Shown piece after piece: positions 47,025 to 61,196 of a stretch of 64,000 nt of DNA (position 1 is the stretch's first letter; every line of letters starts with the position of its first letter). Under the pieces are notes generated by a model, which was not told the DNA's origin, made no database searches, and saw nothing but the letters and a program-made list of their open reading frames with translations. Source of the DNA: Eledone cirrhosa. Taxonomy: Eukaryota. The translations under genes were made by a program, and so were the position numbers. The stretch spans positions 212,288,001-212,352,000 of the forward strand of contig OZ024740.1 of the NCBI GenBank assembly GCA_964016885.1, in the 5' to 3' direction.

Positions 47025-49678
47025 ATACATTCCACCCATGTTTTTCGTGGTCTACCTCTACCACGTCTTCCTTCAACTGGCATTTGCTGGCACTTCTTCA
47101 CCCATCGGTCATCCTCCATGCGCATCACATGTCCATACCACCTCAGTCTCCTCTCTCGTACACTACATTCTCTCCCTCTCAGACACAGTTTCTCTCTCAA
47201 CACATTCATGCTGGGTCGTTCACGCACATTGACATTGTACATCCAACGGAGAATGCTTGCCTCATTTCTCTCCAGCCGTCGCATATCCTATGCAGTTGCT
47301 GCCGAAGTCTCACTACAATGCAGCATCGCGCTCCTCACACATGCATCATATAACCTTCGTACGCAGGGAGAAACCCTTCTTCGTCAGCAGAGGAAGCAGC
47401 TCCCTAAACTTCTTCCAACCCGTCCTTATTCTGGATACTATGGCCTCGGAACACCCCCTCCCATGCTAATCTGATCTCCTAGGTACCGAAAGCTATCAAC
47501 CACTTCTATAGCACCCGCTTGCATTTGAAAAATCTGTCTATCAATGTGACTTCTACTGTCTAATTTCCCTGTACATCTACTGCATACGTATTTCTCCCTA
47601 CCTGTTAGTTTGCCTGCTATCCCACTCCATCTCTTGTGTACCCAGGATCTGCATTATGTGCATTTTATAGAATTTATGCAGTTCCTTTTTTGCATATCGA
47701 ATATGGCCATTTCCCTGATGGAATCAGAGTTTTGTCCTCTTTTCTACTCATCAACACTTTTGTCTTAGCTAGGTTCACCCTCAGTCCTCTTGCTTCCAAC
47801 TGCCGTTTCCATAGCCAGAATTTATTCTCTAGCTCCTCTACTGATTCTGCTATAAGAACCAGATCGTCAGCATAGGGAAGTTCCCATGGACAGCCAGTCT
47901 TAAACTCCTCTGTTATGGCTTGGAGGACTATAACGTACAAGAGCGGACTGAGGACCGAACCTTGATGTACTCCTAATTGTTTCTGGAATTCCTCACTAAA
48001 CTCCATTCCTACCCTGACTTTACTGACAGCACCTCTCTATAAAGTTTGCACTGTCCTCACAAGAAATTCCTCAGCACCTATTTTCCTTAGGGACCACCAG
48101 ATGACAGATCGGGGTACCCTATCAAAGGCCTTCTCTAGATCAACAAAGGCTAAGTATAGTGGCTTATTTTTCTATAAGAATCTCTCTTGTAATTGTCTCA
48201 CCAAGCAGAGGGCATCTGTTGTACTCTTCCCAAGCACAAAACCAAACTGCATCTCATCTAGTTTGACCCTTTCTCTAATTAGTTGTGCTAATATCCTTTC
48301 TGCCACTTTCATAACCTGATCCATCAGTTTTATACCCCTATAATTGCTCCTCTCCAGATCATCCCCTTTACCTTTGTAGCAATTTATGAGAATAATGCTG
48401 CACCAGTCTTTGGGTATGACACCACCATATATAGCCTGATTGATGATGCGTGCAACCAGTTTAGTGCCTTCAGCATCTCAGCAACTATCCCCGATGGTCC
48501 AGCAGCCTTACCATTTTCCATTTCCTTAATCGTCTCTTGGACCCTATATTCGTCAATCTCAATAGCTGGTCCTTCTGTCGGATCTACTGAGGGCAATTTC
48601 TCTCTCTCCTATTCATTCTCCACATTCATCAGTCTCTCATAATGACATTTCCAGGCCTCCTTTTTTTGATCATTCGTGACACTAAGTACATCATTCTGGA
48701 CACATTTATCTCCAACAACATCCTGATTTTCATTGACACACTGCCTTGCAATGTGGAACACCGCACGCCTCTGATCTTCCCGTCGCAGAACATTGGCAAA
48801 CCTCCTACTCTCAGCCTCCCTGCGTGCTAAGTACACCTGACGTCTAGCTTCTCTTTTAGCGGATGTATATCCTTCTCTACTCCCACCCTTTTTCCAAGCC
48901 TTCCATGCTAGTCTTTTGTCTTTAATGGCCTTCTCTTCTGTGCTGTTCCACCACCAGGTCACTCTCTGTCTGGTTGGAGCTCTGCCCCAGCCACACATTT
49001 CATCAGTAGCCGGCAGTACGTTGTCACGTAAGAAATTCCAGTTATTATCTGTCATTTGTCTCTAAATCGTCTTCTTTTTCGTCATACACATCTTGAAGGA
49101 CTTTCCTAAATTTGTATTTTAGTGAAAGGTCTTTTAGCTTCCAGACCTTTCTTCGCCACACCTTCCTGTATGTCTCATTCCATCTCTTGCTTACTGAGAT
49201 ATCACTAACGACTAACCTATGCTGTGAGGTACATTCTTCCCCAGGATATGCCTTGGTATTAGACACCATCTGCCTGTCCCACTGCCTAACTAGTAAGAAG
49301 TCAATCTGGCTTATGTGCTCGCCTGATTTGAAGGTTATTAGGTGGTTGGCAGGTTTCTAGAAGTTAGTGTTGCAAATAGTCAGTTTACTTGCATCACAAA
49401 ATTCAAGAAGTGTCACTCCTTCTTCATTTCTTGAGCCGTAACCGTGCCCACCATGTACCCCAGTGTAACCATTCTGGAGCTGTCCAACATGACCATTGAA
49501 GTCCCCTGCTAGCATAAACGATGTCTCCGTCCTCTGTCATTGCGGTTGTTTGTAAAAGTTGCTCGTAAAAGCAGTCTTTCCCTTCTTTGCCTAGGCCTGC
49601 CTGGGGAGCATAGGCAGAGATGATTGTCAGTAGTCTCCTGCCTACAACTAATCTAAGCTTCATTATTCTATCAAAGAC
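47025..49678 (-). mobile_element. RTE LINE, decayed EN-RT ORF
   Basis: ISAYAPQ, SQHRLVVSD, GKAAGPSG, GVHQGSVLSPLL, PYADDLVL and RRLRWYGHVMRM. Confidence 0.9.
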
Positions 49679-49680
49679 CT

Positions 49681-49950
49681 CCCTGTATAGATAAGAAATG
49701 CATAATCTGTAAACTAAGCCCCCATATTAATTGTAAAACTAGAAATGTAGTATATAGCATAAGATGTACTGAACGAAAATGTAAAGATAAGAATATAGTG
49801 TACATAGGTGAGACAGCTCGTAGTATAGGAGAACGGTTAAATGAACACTGGCGAGAGCTTCAAGATAAAAAAGAATCATCAATACTCCACCAACATGCTA
49901 AAATATAACATAAGGGCAAATTAGAGAACATAGAAATAAAAATAGAATCT
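49681..49950 (+). mobile_element. PLE GIY-YIG endonuclease fragment
   Basis: Manual translation PCIDKKCIIC...CKTRNVVYSIRC...IVYIGETARSIGERLNEH. Confidence 0.8.
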
Positions 49951-50221
49951 ACAGTCAATAAACATAAATGAACTCCAACCAAAATTAAATAGAAAACATG
50001 AATGGAATAGCAACATCACAACTTACAATTAAGGACAAAATGAAAACACACACACACACACATAGAACAAACAACCAACCAGTAACATGTATATAAACAA
50101 ATAAAAACACACACAAACACCTGGATGTAACACATGCGCAAATTAAGCACACAACACACACAAAAACAAGATGGCGTAGGACAGAACAAAGGAGAGGCAC
50201 AAAACAAAGAAAAGAATCCCA

Positions 50222-50264
50222 GTCACTGAAGAGGTCACAGAATGTGTGACGAAAGAACTTTGAC
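50222..50264 (+). ncRNA. Minimal hammerhead candidate within element 49950-50475
   Basis: GUCA-CUGAAGA-G-GUCACA(GAAUG)UGUGAC-GAAA-GAAC-UU^UGAC. Confidence 0.75.
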
Positions 50265-50472
50265 AATATATGAACAACCTTCCGGTTGTGGAACCAACCA
50301 ACCAACCAACCAACCGGAAATTTATAAATTTATAAATTTAATTTATAATAAATTGGAGTGAAAGCAACTGGTGCGTGTGCTTCTCATTGGCAACATGACC
50401 CTCCCAAAGCATAAAAATATCGATTTCAACACACGTTTTCAGATAAAGAATCTTGCTAAACAAATTCATAAA

Positions 50473-50519
<47 letters not shown>

Positions 50520-50530
<11 letters not shown>

Positions 50531-50990
50531 TAAAACATGCCTATAGTATCACCAGATAAAATATATACCGTTTCCTCTCCCAATTAGCATAATTAACCAT
50601 ATAAAAAATCAATTAGACCAAGCTATAAGAATAAAGGCTCTTATGAAGAAATCTCCGACAAATAACCGAAAGCAGCGCTTCGCGGCGGTTGCGACGGGGT
50701 ATTTATCGAGTATTTCGACAGCGTGTATAAATCGACCAGATATAGTCAACTAAACAGAATTAGGTGTAAAATAAACTAGAAGAAAGGTGACCATATTTAG
50801 TTACCTTTATTCTTATAGCTTGGTCTAATTGATTTTTTATATGGTTAATTATGCTAATTGGGAGAGGAAACGGTATATATTTTATCTGGTGATTCTATAG
50901 ACATGTTTTATGATATACAGCTCTGATTATTTAATTTATTAATTCTTCATTGAGAGACAAAGTGACCCGTTGCAAAACACATATATATCT
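50520..50990. repeat. Fold-back copy of the 13600 family
   Basis: 50530-50806 parallels 13600-13867; from 50804 onward the sequence is the reverse complement of 50637 leftwards. Confidence 0.85.
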
Positions 50991-51018
50991 ATGACTTTAT
51001 ATATATATATATGTAAAC

Positions 51019-51128
<110 letters not shown>

Positions 51129-52288
51129 CAAGGGTAACCAATCTTAAAGAGAGAGATGGAGATAGGAGAGGAGAAGAGAGATTGGTGAATTAGTTAGAAG
51201 CCAAAGCGTAAAGGCATGTGCTCAATGTGCAATATGCAGTGGAAGGCAGCTAGGTGGCTGGGTTCATGCAGAGGTTGGGTGCACAGAGCTGGAAATATTC
51301 ATTAGTGAAGCAAAACAAGACCACACATTTCACAAGGAAGACATTATTAAAAGATTGTCACCATATTTTAGTTTGATGCAAGGAATGTAGAGAATAATAA
51401 TAATAATAATAATAATAATATTAATAATAATAATAATAATGTCCGTTTACAATTGTTTAGCTACTCCATATAATATTTCTGGATCAAATGATTATAGATC
51501 ATTATTGATCTGGTTCAGTTGAAAATAATTAACATATGTAAAAATAGAGCAGCTCATTGGAACTTCAAAGGAATATAAATTAAAATAAGGAGAGAATGTT
51601 ACATGAATGTAATGTTCCATATATTGGTATTTCACTATGGTGTCCTGGGTATATCCATTGTCTGCCATAGTCGAGCAATATTCTTCTGTCGAGGCTGCAT
51701 TGTGTGAGATCTTCCTATGAGTAACAAGATGGCCGCCAATGGACATATTTACCTTACTAATTAGAGGGTGGTTTCAGGGGAAGTAACTCCGCTAGAGATT
51801 AGAAATTGTGGGTAGTTTAAGTTAAGAAGTGCTAATTTTTTTTTTTTTTAATTGAGAGACAATGTAAGGGAGGTAACTTATAATTATCTAAGTTAGCTAT
51901 AAGTATTTAACTTATTAGCTACAAGTAAAAATGGGGCTAGATAACTATGTTGGGTCAAATATTCTGTTGGCGAAGGAATTAGCCCTTCGATGTTGACAGC
52001 TAATAGTTACCTCCGTTCTATCGTTAATCGGTAGAGGTCGTGATAGAGTTATTTAATATGCTTCGGTAAGACAGATGTCACAAGAGTTTCTTCGTCCATT
52101 GAACGGTTGGGCCCTAACCAAGATATCCCATGTTAGTGAGTGTTCAATGTTGGTTAGTTTAAGGTTTTTAATGAGCCTAGCCAGAGATGTCAAACATCTG
52201 TTGTTAGGGTCTCGTAAGGAAAAAGAGTGCGCGTTATAGCGTACCGTAAAAGGGTTAGAAGTAGAGCCAATATAGGAGCTGGTATATG

Positions 52289-52325
<37 letters not shown>

Positions 52326-52410
52326 GTATATACTTGGTTGGGATATACATACTCTACGAGATCAGGAGAGAAATACCCAACCTGGGTGGCGGGCTGTACC
52401 GAGACGATGC
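52326..52410 (+). mobile_element. PLE RT fragment (Naiad-like GLYRDD) between (TA)n tracts
   Basis: [26 protein letters not shown] in ORF 52286. Confidence 0.65.
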
Positions 52411-52417
52411 ATATACG

Positions 52418-52472
<55 letters not shown>

Positions 52473-52887
52473 GTATATATATATGTATATATATATGTAT
52501 ATATATATGTATATATATATGTATATATATATATATATGTATATATATATGTATATATATACGTATATATGTATATATATATATGTATATATAGAAAAGA
52601 CACAATGTTTAGACAAATCACAGAAGCAATAAACATGAATGAACTCCAACCAAAATTAAATAGCAACATCACAACTTACAATTAAAGACAAAATGAAAAC
52701 ACACACACATAGAACAAACAACCATCTAGAAACATGTAAATAAACAAATAAATAAACAAATAAAAACACACACGGACACCCGGATGTAACACATGCGCAA
52801 ACTAAGCACACAACACACAGAAAAACAAAAACAAGATGGCGTATGACAGAACAAGGGAGAGGCACAAAACAAAGACAAGAATCCCCG

Positions 52888-52930
52888 GTTACTGATGAGG
52901 TCACAGAATGTGTGACGAAAGAACTTTGAC
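52888..52930 (+). ncRNA. Minimal hammerhead candidate within element 52595-53085
   Basis: GUUA-CUGAUGA-G-GUCACA(GAAUG)UGUGAC-GAAA-GAAC-UU^UGAC. Confidence 0.75.
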
Positions 52931-53100
52931 AATATATGAACAACCGTCCGGTTGTGGAAATCAACGAACCAACCGGAAATTTATGAATTTTTTTTAAATT
53001 TATAATTTAATTTATAATAAATTGGAGTGAAAGCAACTGGTGCGTATGTTTGTTATTGGCAACACGACCCTTCCAAAGTATAACTATATATATATATATA

Positions 53101-53490
53101 GGGAATTGTCTTGTTAACAACATAGTCTATAAATGTAATGTTAAAACTAAAGATTCTATTTGCTCATATATAGGAGCTACTTCTAACAATTTTAAGACAA
53201 GGTTTAATACCCACAAGCATAGTTTTAAAAATGCCGCACTGGCTAATACAACATCTCTAGCAGAAAAAATCAATAGTTATAAAAATAAGAATATAGAATA
53301 TGATTTGACCTGGAGTGTGCTCAAAAGAGCCACCCCTTATCAAAATAATAGAAATGAATGTAGATTATGTTCCCAAGAACTATTTGAAATAATGAAATCT
53401 AAGGATATCCTATTAAATAAACGACAGGAATTAATTATATCGTGTAATCATAAACTAAAAAAAACATTTAAATATTATAAACCTAATTAA
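53101..53490 (+). CDS. Open GIY-YIG endonuclease domain of a PLE (Naiad-like), 5'-truncated at (TA)n
   Basis: GNCLVNNIVYKC...YIGAT...FKTRFNTHKHSF...CRLCSQE...LLNKRQELIISCNH. Confidence 0.8.
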   Translation, partial: GNCLVNNIVYKCNVKTKDSICSYIGATSNNFKTRFNTHKHSFKNAALANTTSLAEKINSYKNKNIEYDLTWSVLKRATPYQNNRNECRLCSQELFEIMKSKDILLNKRQELIISCNHKLKKTFKYYKPN

Positions 53491-54599
53491 TAACATTATT
53501 TTAGAAATTAATATATAATTTAATTTAAATGTTAGTTAACCTATAAATTTAATTTAATTAAAATTCTACTACAGATGAGAATATAAAATATTGTGTAATC
53601 ATAAATTGTGAAAAACCTTTAAATATTACTAATATATACTTAGTAATTTAATTTATAGATTAATTTTAATTTATTTAACCCTTTATTAAAATTCCTTTAC
53701 AGATAAAATATAACAAAATATCGTGTATCCAATGACAGAGAAATAATTTTTAGTATTATAGACCTAATTAATATACATTTTAGAAATATATTTATAATTT
53801 GGTTTTAAATTTAGTCAACCTAAAAATTTAATTTAATTGGCTTAAAATTAGTATCCTAATACAGACGGATTGCAGAGTGTCATGTAATCATAGAATGGGA
53901 TGTGTTTTGGATGTATACCTAGTTAATATATTCTTTGCAATTTTTGAAAAAATATGTATATGTATGTATGTATATGTATGTGTATGTATGTATGTATATG
54001 TGTATATATATATATATATGTATGTGTATGTATATGTATATGTATATGTATTAATTTTGATTTCTATTTGCATATAATTATATTCTGCTATTGATAAAAT
54101 ACAATATCTGTTTTATTTATTATATACCTAATTAACATATACTATAGAAATTAATATATAATTTTTAATTTAGTTAACCTATAATTTATATTCTACTACC
54201 GATGTAATACTTTATTTGTTTTTTCCCTATTACTAAATTCATTTCCTAATATTGATACCATAACGTTAATAACTTTAATTTAGTTATACTATAATTAATA
54301 CTCTACTACTATTTAACTTCAAAATTCTGCTTCAAATATTATAAACCTAACTAATTTACACCTTAGAAATCAATATGTTAACTTTCTTTAGTTTAGTTAA
54401 CATATAATTAATGGTATACTTATTTTGAAATGCATAATTTTGCCTTATTTCTTGCATTTCCTAACACTGAAACTATGTAAAAACATATATTGAGATCCAA
54501 ATGCAGATTAATATTCTATGTTTCTTGAAACATATATTTACTATAATCCCCTTCTCCCCCCCCCCCTTTCCCCCATACTATTATCATCTGTGTTTGTAA

Positions 54600-54814
54600 G
54601 CTTGTATGTATGAATATATATGTAGGTAGGTGTATATATGTTTGGGTGTTTATATCTGAGTATAAAAATACATATATGCGCATGCAAATAAGAATGTATG
54701 ATTGTGTGTATATATATATGTATATATATATATATGTGTATATATGCATGTGTATATATATGTGTATGTATATATATGTGTGTGTGTATATGTGTATATA
54801 TGTGTGGGCGTGTA

Positions 54815-54859
<45 letters not shown>

Positions 54860-55474
54860 ATGTATGTGTATGTATATATGTGTATGTATATGTATGTCTC
54901 TCTATATATATGTCTATCTTCGTATCTATGTGGGTATATGTGTGTATGTACATGTATGCACATGTATATGTTTATGTCTATATGTGTGTATGTGTATATA
55001 TGTACGTGTGCGCACATATATATGTGAGTGTGTGTGTGTGTGTGTATATATGAATATGTATATCTATGTGTGTATATATATATTCGTATGTGTATATATA
55101 TATATTATTTATTATTATAATATAACTTATGTGTATATATATATATGTGGGGGTGTGTATATGTATATATATGTATATGTATGTGTAAAAATATATATGT
55201 GTATGTGTGTTTTTGTGTGTGTGTATATATATGTATATATATGTGTGTATGTATGTGTTTGTATGTGTGTTTATGGTTGTATGTGTGTGTGGGTATATAT
55301 ATAGATGTATGTGTATATATATATATATATATGTGTATATGTATCTCTATTAATGTGTGTATATATGTATATGTATATACCTTTTTCTTTGTATGTCTGA
55401 GTTGTGTGAGAGTGTAGTGGTGTTTGTATGTATATACGCATATATGGATGCGTATGTATTTGTATATATGTATG

Positions 55475-55509
<35 letters not shown>

Positions 55510-56001
55510 GTATATGTATCTCTATTTGTATGTGTATATGTGTATATGTATATACCTTTTTCTTTGTATGTCTGAGTTGTGTGAGAGTGTAGTGGTGTTT
55601 TGTATGTATATACCGATATATGGATGCGTAAGTATTTGTATATATGCGTATATATAAGTACGTATGTGTGGGTGAATATATTTCTATGTCTATGTATGAG
55701 TATGTATGTGTGTGTATGTATGTGTGTATGTGTGTATGTATGTATGTATGTTTGTATGTATATGTGTGTATATATATGTATGTATGTGTATGTCTGTATG
55801 TATATAAGTATGTATGTGTATGTATATGTGCGTGTATGTGTATATATATGCGTGTCTATATATGTGTGTGTGTATATATGTGTATATATGTGTGTATATA
55901 TAGATATATATATATGTATGTGTGTATATGTGTGTATATATATATATGTATATGTTTATATATGTGTGTGTGTGTGTGTTGTATGTGTAGATGTGTGTAT
56001 A

Positions 56002-56055
<54 letters not shown>

Positions 56056-56400
56056 CTTGATATATTTCTTTTTTCTTTTTTCTTTCTCTTTTCTTTTCTT
56101 TTTATTTCGAAGTTTATAGATACATCTATAAATAAGCAGTCTGCCCAAACAGTTGAATACTGACCTCTCCCCCCCTTCCACCTAATTTCTGTATCTTGAT
56201 CTAAATGTGTGTGGCAGTGTTTATGTGAGTGAATTAATATCCATGTGCTTATGATAATATTATATCCACATATATATGTGTGTGGGGGTGTGTGTGTGTA
56301 TGTATGTTCGTAATTATGTGTATGTTTATGCATATACGCGCGCGTGTGTGTGAGTGTATGGATATGTGTGAGTATGAGAATATGTGTATACACTTATTTC
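54600..56400. repeat. Compound (TA)/(TG) low-complexity tract
   Basis: Direct inspection; includes a ~180 bp-period duplication near 55370 and 55550. Confidence 0.95.
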
Positions 56401-56885
56401 ATATTTATGTGTCTATACGCATTTTATCTGTGGATTATAAACTTACAGAGACATTAGCCTTAAATTTTTTGTATTTGCATACATCTTTTTGGCATGCGTA
56501 TGCATGTTGAGCATATATCTTTGTATAAATATGTGTACGGGGTTAGTTACATGTATATACGCACACCAAACTGCATAAAACTTTTTGTATTTTCATTGGT
56601 CAATTTTGAACTCCGTTCCCAAACGGACCTGAAATTTTGAATTGTTGTTATTATCAATAAATATATTTCATTATTTCTGAAGACGGCATATATGTGTGTT
56701 TGGTATGTATATTTAATCTTGATAGTTTGTATAATTTTGTATAATTTTGTATTATTTTGTACATAGATCTGTTGAATATGCATGCCAATTCTAACACATA
56801 TATATCCTAGAAACGATCGTTAAATAATGAACTTTTTTTGTTTAATATAAGGAACTGTTTCATTGTTTTATTCATTATTTGTTTA

Positions 56886-56974
<89 letters not shown>

Positions 56975-57520
56975 AAAGGATAACAAGGACGATTGGTTAC
57001 TCCTTCATTACATTTATTGCTAGGTGACACGCGTTTCGCCACTGATCAGCTCAAGGTTCGATCTCTATCGATCTTACCCGACTCAATAATCGGCAGCTCG
57101 ACGGACCCTTTAAAATGGTATAAGAAAATGAATACATGCTATGTGATAAAGTCATAAGTTGTACAATGTGAGTTGTTTTGATTGGTGGAAAAGGATCAAA
57201 GGGATGTATTGGCTTGTAGTGTATGTGGGGTGGGTGTGATGATAAGATGTTGGTGACGGTCGCTGGCTGTGGGTTGGGGGTGGCGGATTGACTTTCGCCT
57301 GTAGTGTATGTGGGGGTGGATGTGATGATAAGATGGTGGTGACGGTTGCTGGCTGGTGTGGATGTGACGTGGGGGTAGTGGATTGTCGGTAGACAGGTTG
57401 GCGTATATTTGTGGCTGGTTATTGTGTGGGGTGTAGTTGTGGTGTTGTTGTTTATGGTAGTGGCGTTTGTGGTGGTGTGGTGGATGTGATGGTGGTGTCA
57501 AGTCCATGGGGAGATACATA

Positions 57521-57841
57521 TATAACGGCGTCGAAGATTCGAAACCGAATCTGAGCTTTCCCGCCTCTGGGACAAGCCGTGGTGACTTGTTTACGCTCAA
57601 GAGACTAACCCTTGGGAGAGGCTAAACACAGGTGGAGGTGTTTACGCCTGACAGAAAATAGGTAAGAGAAATATATATATCTTTCTGACTTGTTTACGCT
57701 TGGCAAAGTTCAGAGGATATATCTATCCTTCTAACTTCAACTCTTATAAATAGAGGGGTTGTTTACGCCTAAAATAGAAAAGCAGTGGATACAGACACGT
57801 CTCATTTACAAGCTCTCGTCACGAAAAACCAGTCTACCACT
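57521..57841 (+). mobile_element. Partial Gypsy LTR (5' half)
   Basis: TATAACGGCGTCGAAGATTCG... matches 46213 onward. Confidence 0.85.
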
Positions 57842-58144
57842 TGATTATGTGTTGTATGTGGTCATTTTCTTTTTTTTATTTGTAATATTATTTATACAAT
57901 AGGGAATAAAATAGTGTTAACTCGATAGTGTTAACTCGTTACGGTTGAGTCAATCACTTCAGACATGAAATACATTGTTATCGGTGAAGGAAAGATAAGA
58001 TTCCAACTGGCTGCGCTCAAAGTGCACTGTGGGTTTTTTCCATTTTTAGGATTTCAATTACCGGCTAACGTCTCAATTACCGGACATGCCTGCACACCTG
58101 CTCACAGCTGCGTCAGACTATAGTTATGCTGCCCGCAAGCTCAT

Positions 58145-60535
58145 TCAATAACATTAGTTAAACGGACGTCGGTGTCGCAGCAGAAGCGTTTGCACCAGCT
58201 CCTCATATCGGAGGAATTAGGAGATAAAAAGCCGACGCAACTCCTACGGAAAATGAAGCAGCTTCTGGGTGAACATAAACTCCCGGATGAAATTTTCGAG
58301 CAACTCTTCCTCCAGCGTTTACCTTCTGCCACACAAGTGGTACTAGCATCCACCAGGGAGTCCACCAACATAGAAGAACTTGCCGAGCTGGCAGATAAGA
58401 TCATGGAGGTACCACATTCGCACTCAACTTTAGCGAATGTGACGCCAGCCGTGCCTCCCACCAATCCTTTTCTTCAGCCCTCCAGTGCCACAAAGATGCC
58501 CGATCTACACCAGTTACTGGCACAACAAGCAACACAGATACAGGCCTTGACGCAACAATTCAGACCTTGTCACTGGGCAACCCTGCCACACGTCGGTCCA
58601 ACAGCTGAACTCGCCGATTTGGTTGTCGCTCAAGAAGTCCGAGCGCATCTCGAGATTCACCAGAAATGTGTTGGTACCACCAAAGATTCGGGAGACGAGC
58701 GCAAAAGTGCAGCCATCCCTGTTCATTTGTTTCGAAAACAAATCAGGGAAACGACACAGCCAGAAACTGAATGCGACAGACGTTTCTGGCCCTCATAACC
58801 AAAGTCGCCTATTTTTCATACAGGATCGCGTCACAGGCACGCGTTTCCTAGTCGACACCGGTGCTGAAGTGAGCATCATCCCGGTTTCCTGCGTTCCTGG
58901 AAAAAGGAGAGAGACACCAGCCTGGCTCCAGGCGGTGAATCACTCACATATTCCGACCTACGGAGAACAGTCCCTGACACTAAATTTGGGACTACGCCGC
59001 ACTTTCCAGTGGGTATTCGTCGTGGCTAAGCTGCCGACCCCTATTTTAGGAGCTGATTTTCTTCAGCACTTCTCGCTTCTAGTGGATCTGAAAAATCAAC
59101 GTCTCGTTGACAACTCCGCTGGTCTCGCTGTGCGCGGCATAGCCGCTAGGACAGCCACAGTCAGTCCAGTCATTTCAAGATCGATAACAACAACTCGGCA
59201 CAACCACATCATCAACAAATACCCAGACGTAGCTCGACCACTATTCAACGCTTGCCCTGTAAAACATGATGTCACACACCACATAAAAACTCACGGCCCA
59301 CCTGTCGCTGCACGACCTAGAAGGCTACCACCAGACCGGCTGAAGTCCGTCAAACAAGAATTTCAGCACATGCTGGATTTCGGCATCATACGTCCGTCCA
59401 GCAGCAACTGGTCCTCACCCATACACTGTGTACCCAAGAAGTCGTCGAACGACTGGCGAATCTGTGGCGACTACCGTGCACTAAACAACTGCACCGTTCC
59501 TGACTCTTATCCAGTGCCTCATCTACAGGACTTCTCTAGCTCGCTGCACGGGGCTCGCATATTTTCGAAGATTGATCTTGTGCGAGCTTACAATCAGATA
59601 CCCGTTGAGCCCGCAGATATTCCAAAGACCGCAGTCACAACACCTTTTGGAATGTTCGAATTTCTGCGTATGCCTTTCGGTTTGCGAAATGCAGCGCAGA
59701 CATTCCAGCGATTCATCGATACAGTCACCAGGGGTCTACCTTTTGTATACGCATACATTGACGACTTACTGGTGGCCAGCAGCTCCGATGAAGTACATGA
59801 GAAACACCTGGATCTCCTATTCACACGTTTGCGTGAATATGGAATCGTTATCAACCCCAGCAAATGTGAGTTCGGAGTTGCGTCCCTTCATTTTCTGGGA
59901 CACATCATTGACAAAGATGGTATTCGCCCACTTAAGGAGAAAGTCAGATCCATCATTGATTTTCCACAACCTTTATCTCTCCGCAAACTGCGAGAATTTC
60001 TTGGCCTTATAAACTTCTACAGAAGATTTATACCCCACTGTGCAGAGACAGCCCAACCACTCACAGATTTGCTGCGGCAGCGCACAACCATAAACGCAAA
60101 CATCAAGCTCAGCGAAAAAGAATGTACCGCTTTCGCTGAGTTGAAGAAAATGTTGTCCGAGGCTACAATGCTGAGTTACCCTAAACCTGACGCCCCAATG
60201 TGTTTATTGACTGATGCATCCGATTTCGGAGTTGGAGGTGTGCTTCAACAACTCTCTGGCGATATTTGGTGACCTGTATCTTTTTTCTCTAAGCGATTAA
60301 AACCGCCGAAACTAAGTACAGCACATTCAGTCGTGAATTATTGGCAGCATACCTTACTGTCAAGCATTTTCGACACATGCTAGAAAGTCGTGTGTTCTCT
60401 ATATACACCGACCACAAATCACTAGTGTACGCGTTCAATGCCAAGCCTGACCGACACTCACCCAGGGAGGTCCGACATCTGGACTTCATTTCTCAGTACA
60501 CTACTGATATTCGGTACATTAAGGGTGCCACCAAC
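58145..60535 (+). mobile_element. Second Gypsy internal copy (partial gag, PR-RT-RNase H)
   Basis: ORFs 58172 and 58623 are near-identical to the 14893-17417 copy; no integrase. Confidence 0.95.
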
Positions 60536-61196
60536 TCATCGGAATATTGGAGGGTGTAATAGATGGCAATGGTATTTATAGATACATCGGAGAATCAAGT
60601 GAATGAAAACAATAACACCAATAATAAAAGATGATAAAATAAGTATAAAGTGGTACAAATGATAAAAAAGTAAAAAATGCGGTTACTGATAATAGTAGTA
60701 GTGGTGGTGGTAGTTGAAGTTCTAATGGTGAGTAAGTGGATGTATAAAATAGTGATGACAGTAATGATAACAATAATATGAAAAGAAATACGATATGTGA
60801 TGGACGAAATGATGTTGAGTGGCCATTGTGCTAATATAGTGTATTGAGTTCATGAATTAGCGAAATAAAAATGCAAAAAATACAAAAAAATAGAGGATTA
60901 AAATAAAAAAAAAAGTAAGAGAGAAGAGATAAAGAACAGGAGATAGAGAATAAAGAATAAGGATTCGAGGATGAGGCATAAAGGATAGGACTATTGATCA
61001 GAAAACAATAAATAGATAAATAGAGAATAAAAATTGAAAGCGACAGTGATGATATATGGGTGATTAAGGTCTAGAGCAAATATTTATTAAAATAACAGAT
61101 TAAAGTTTAAGCAAAGAATCGCTGCTTTCACCCTTAACCGTTAAGGGTGAAACAATGATTCTTTGCTTAAACGTTAATCTGTTATTTTATTAAATA

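Noticed and set aside
51492-51746. 84-aa minus-strand ORF next to (AAT)n
   Set aside because: No recognisable motif or splice support.
53050-53900. Selenoprotein/SECIS signal as reported for some Naiad PLEs
   Set aside because: No in-frame TGA in the GIY-YIG ORF and no convincing AUGA-AA-GA stem-loop downstream.
52190-56510. Many long YI/CV/HT-repeat ORFs (also near 20926, 45152 and 61650)
   Set aside because: These are translations of microsatellites.
57020-57060. Hammerhead 3' half CGAAACGCGTGTC on the minus strand
   Set aside because: No CUGANGA partner found upstream; at most a truncated remnant.
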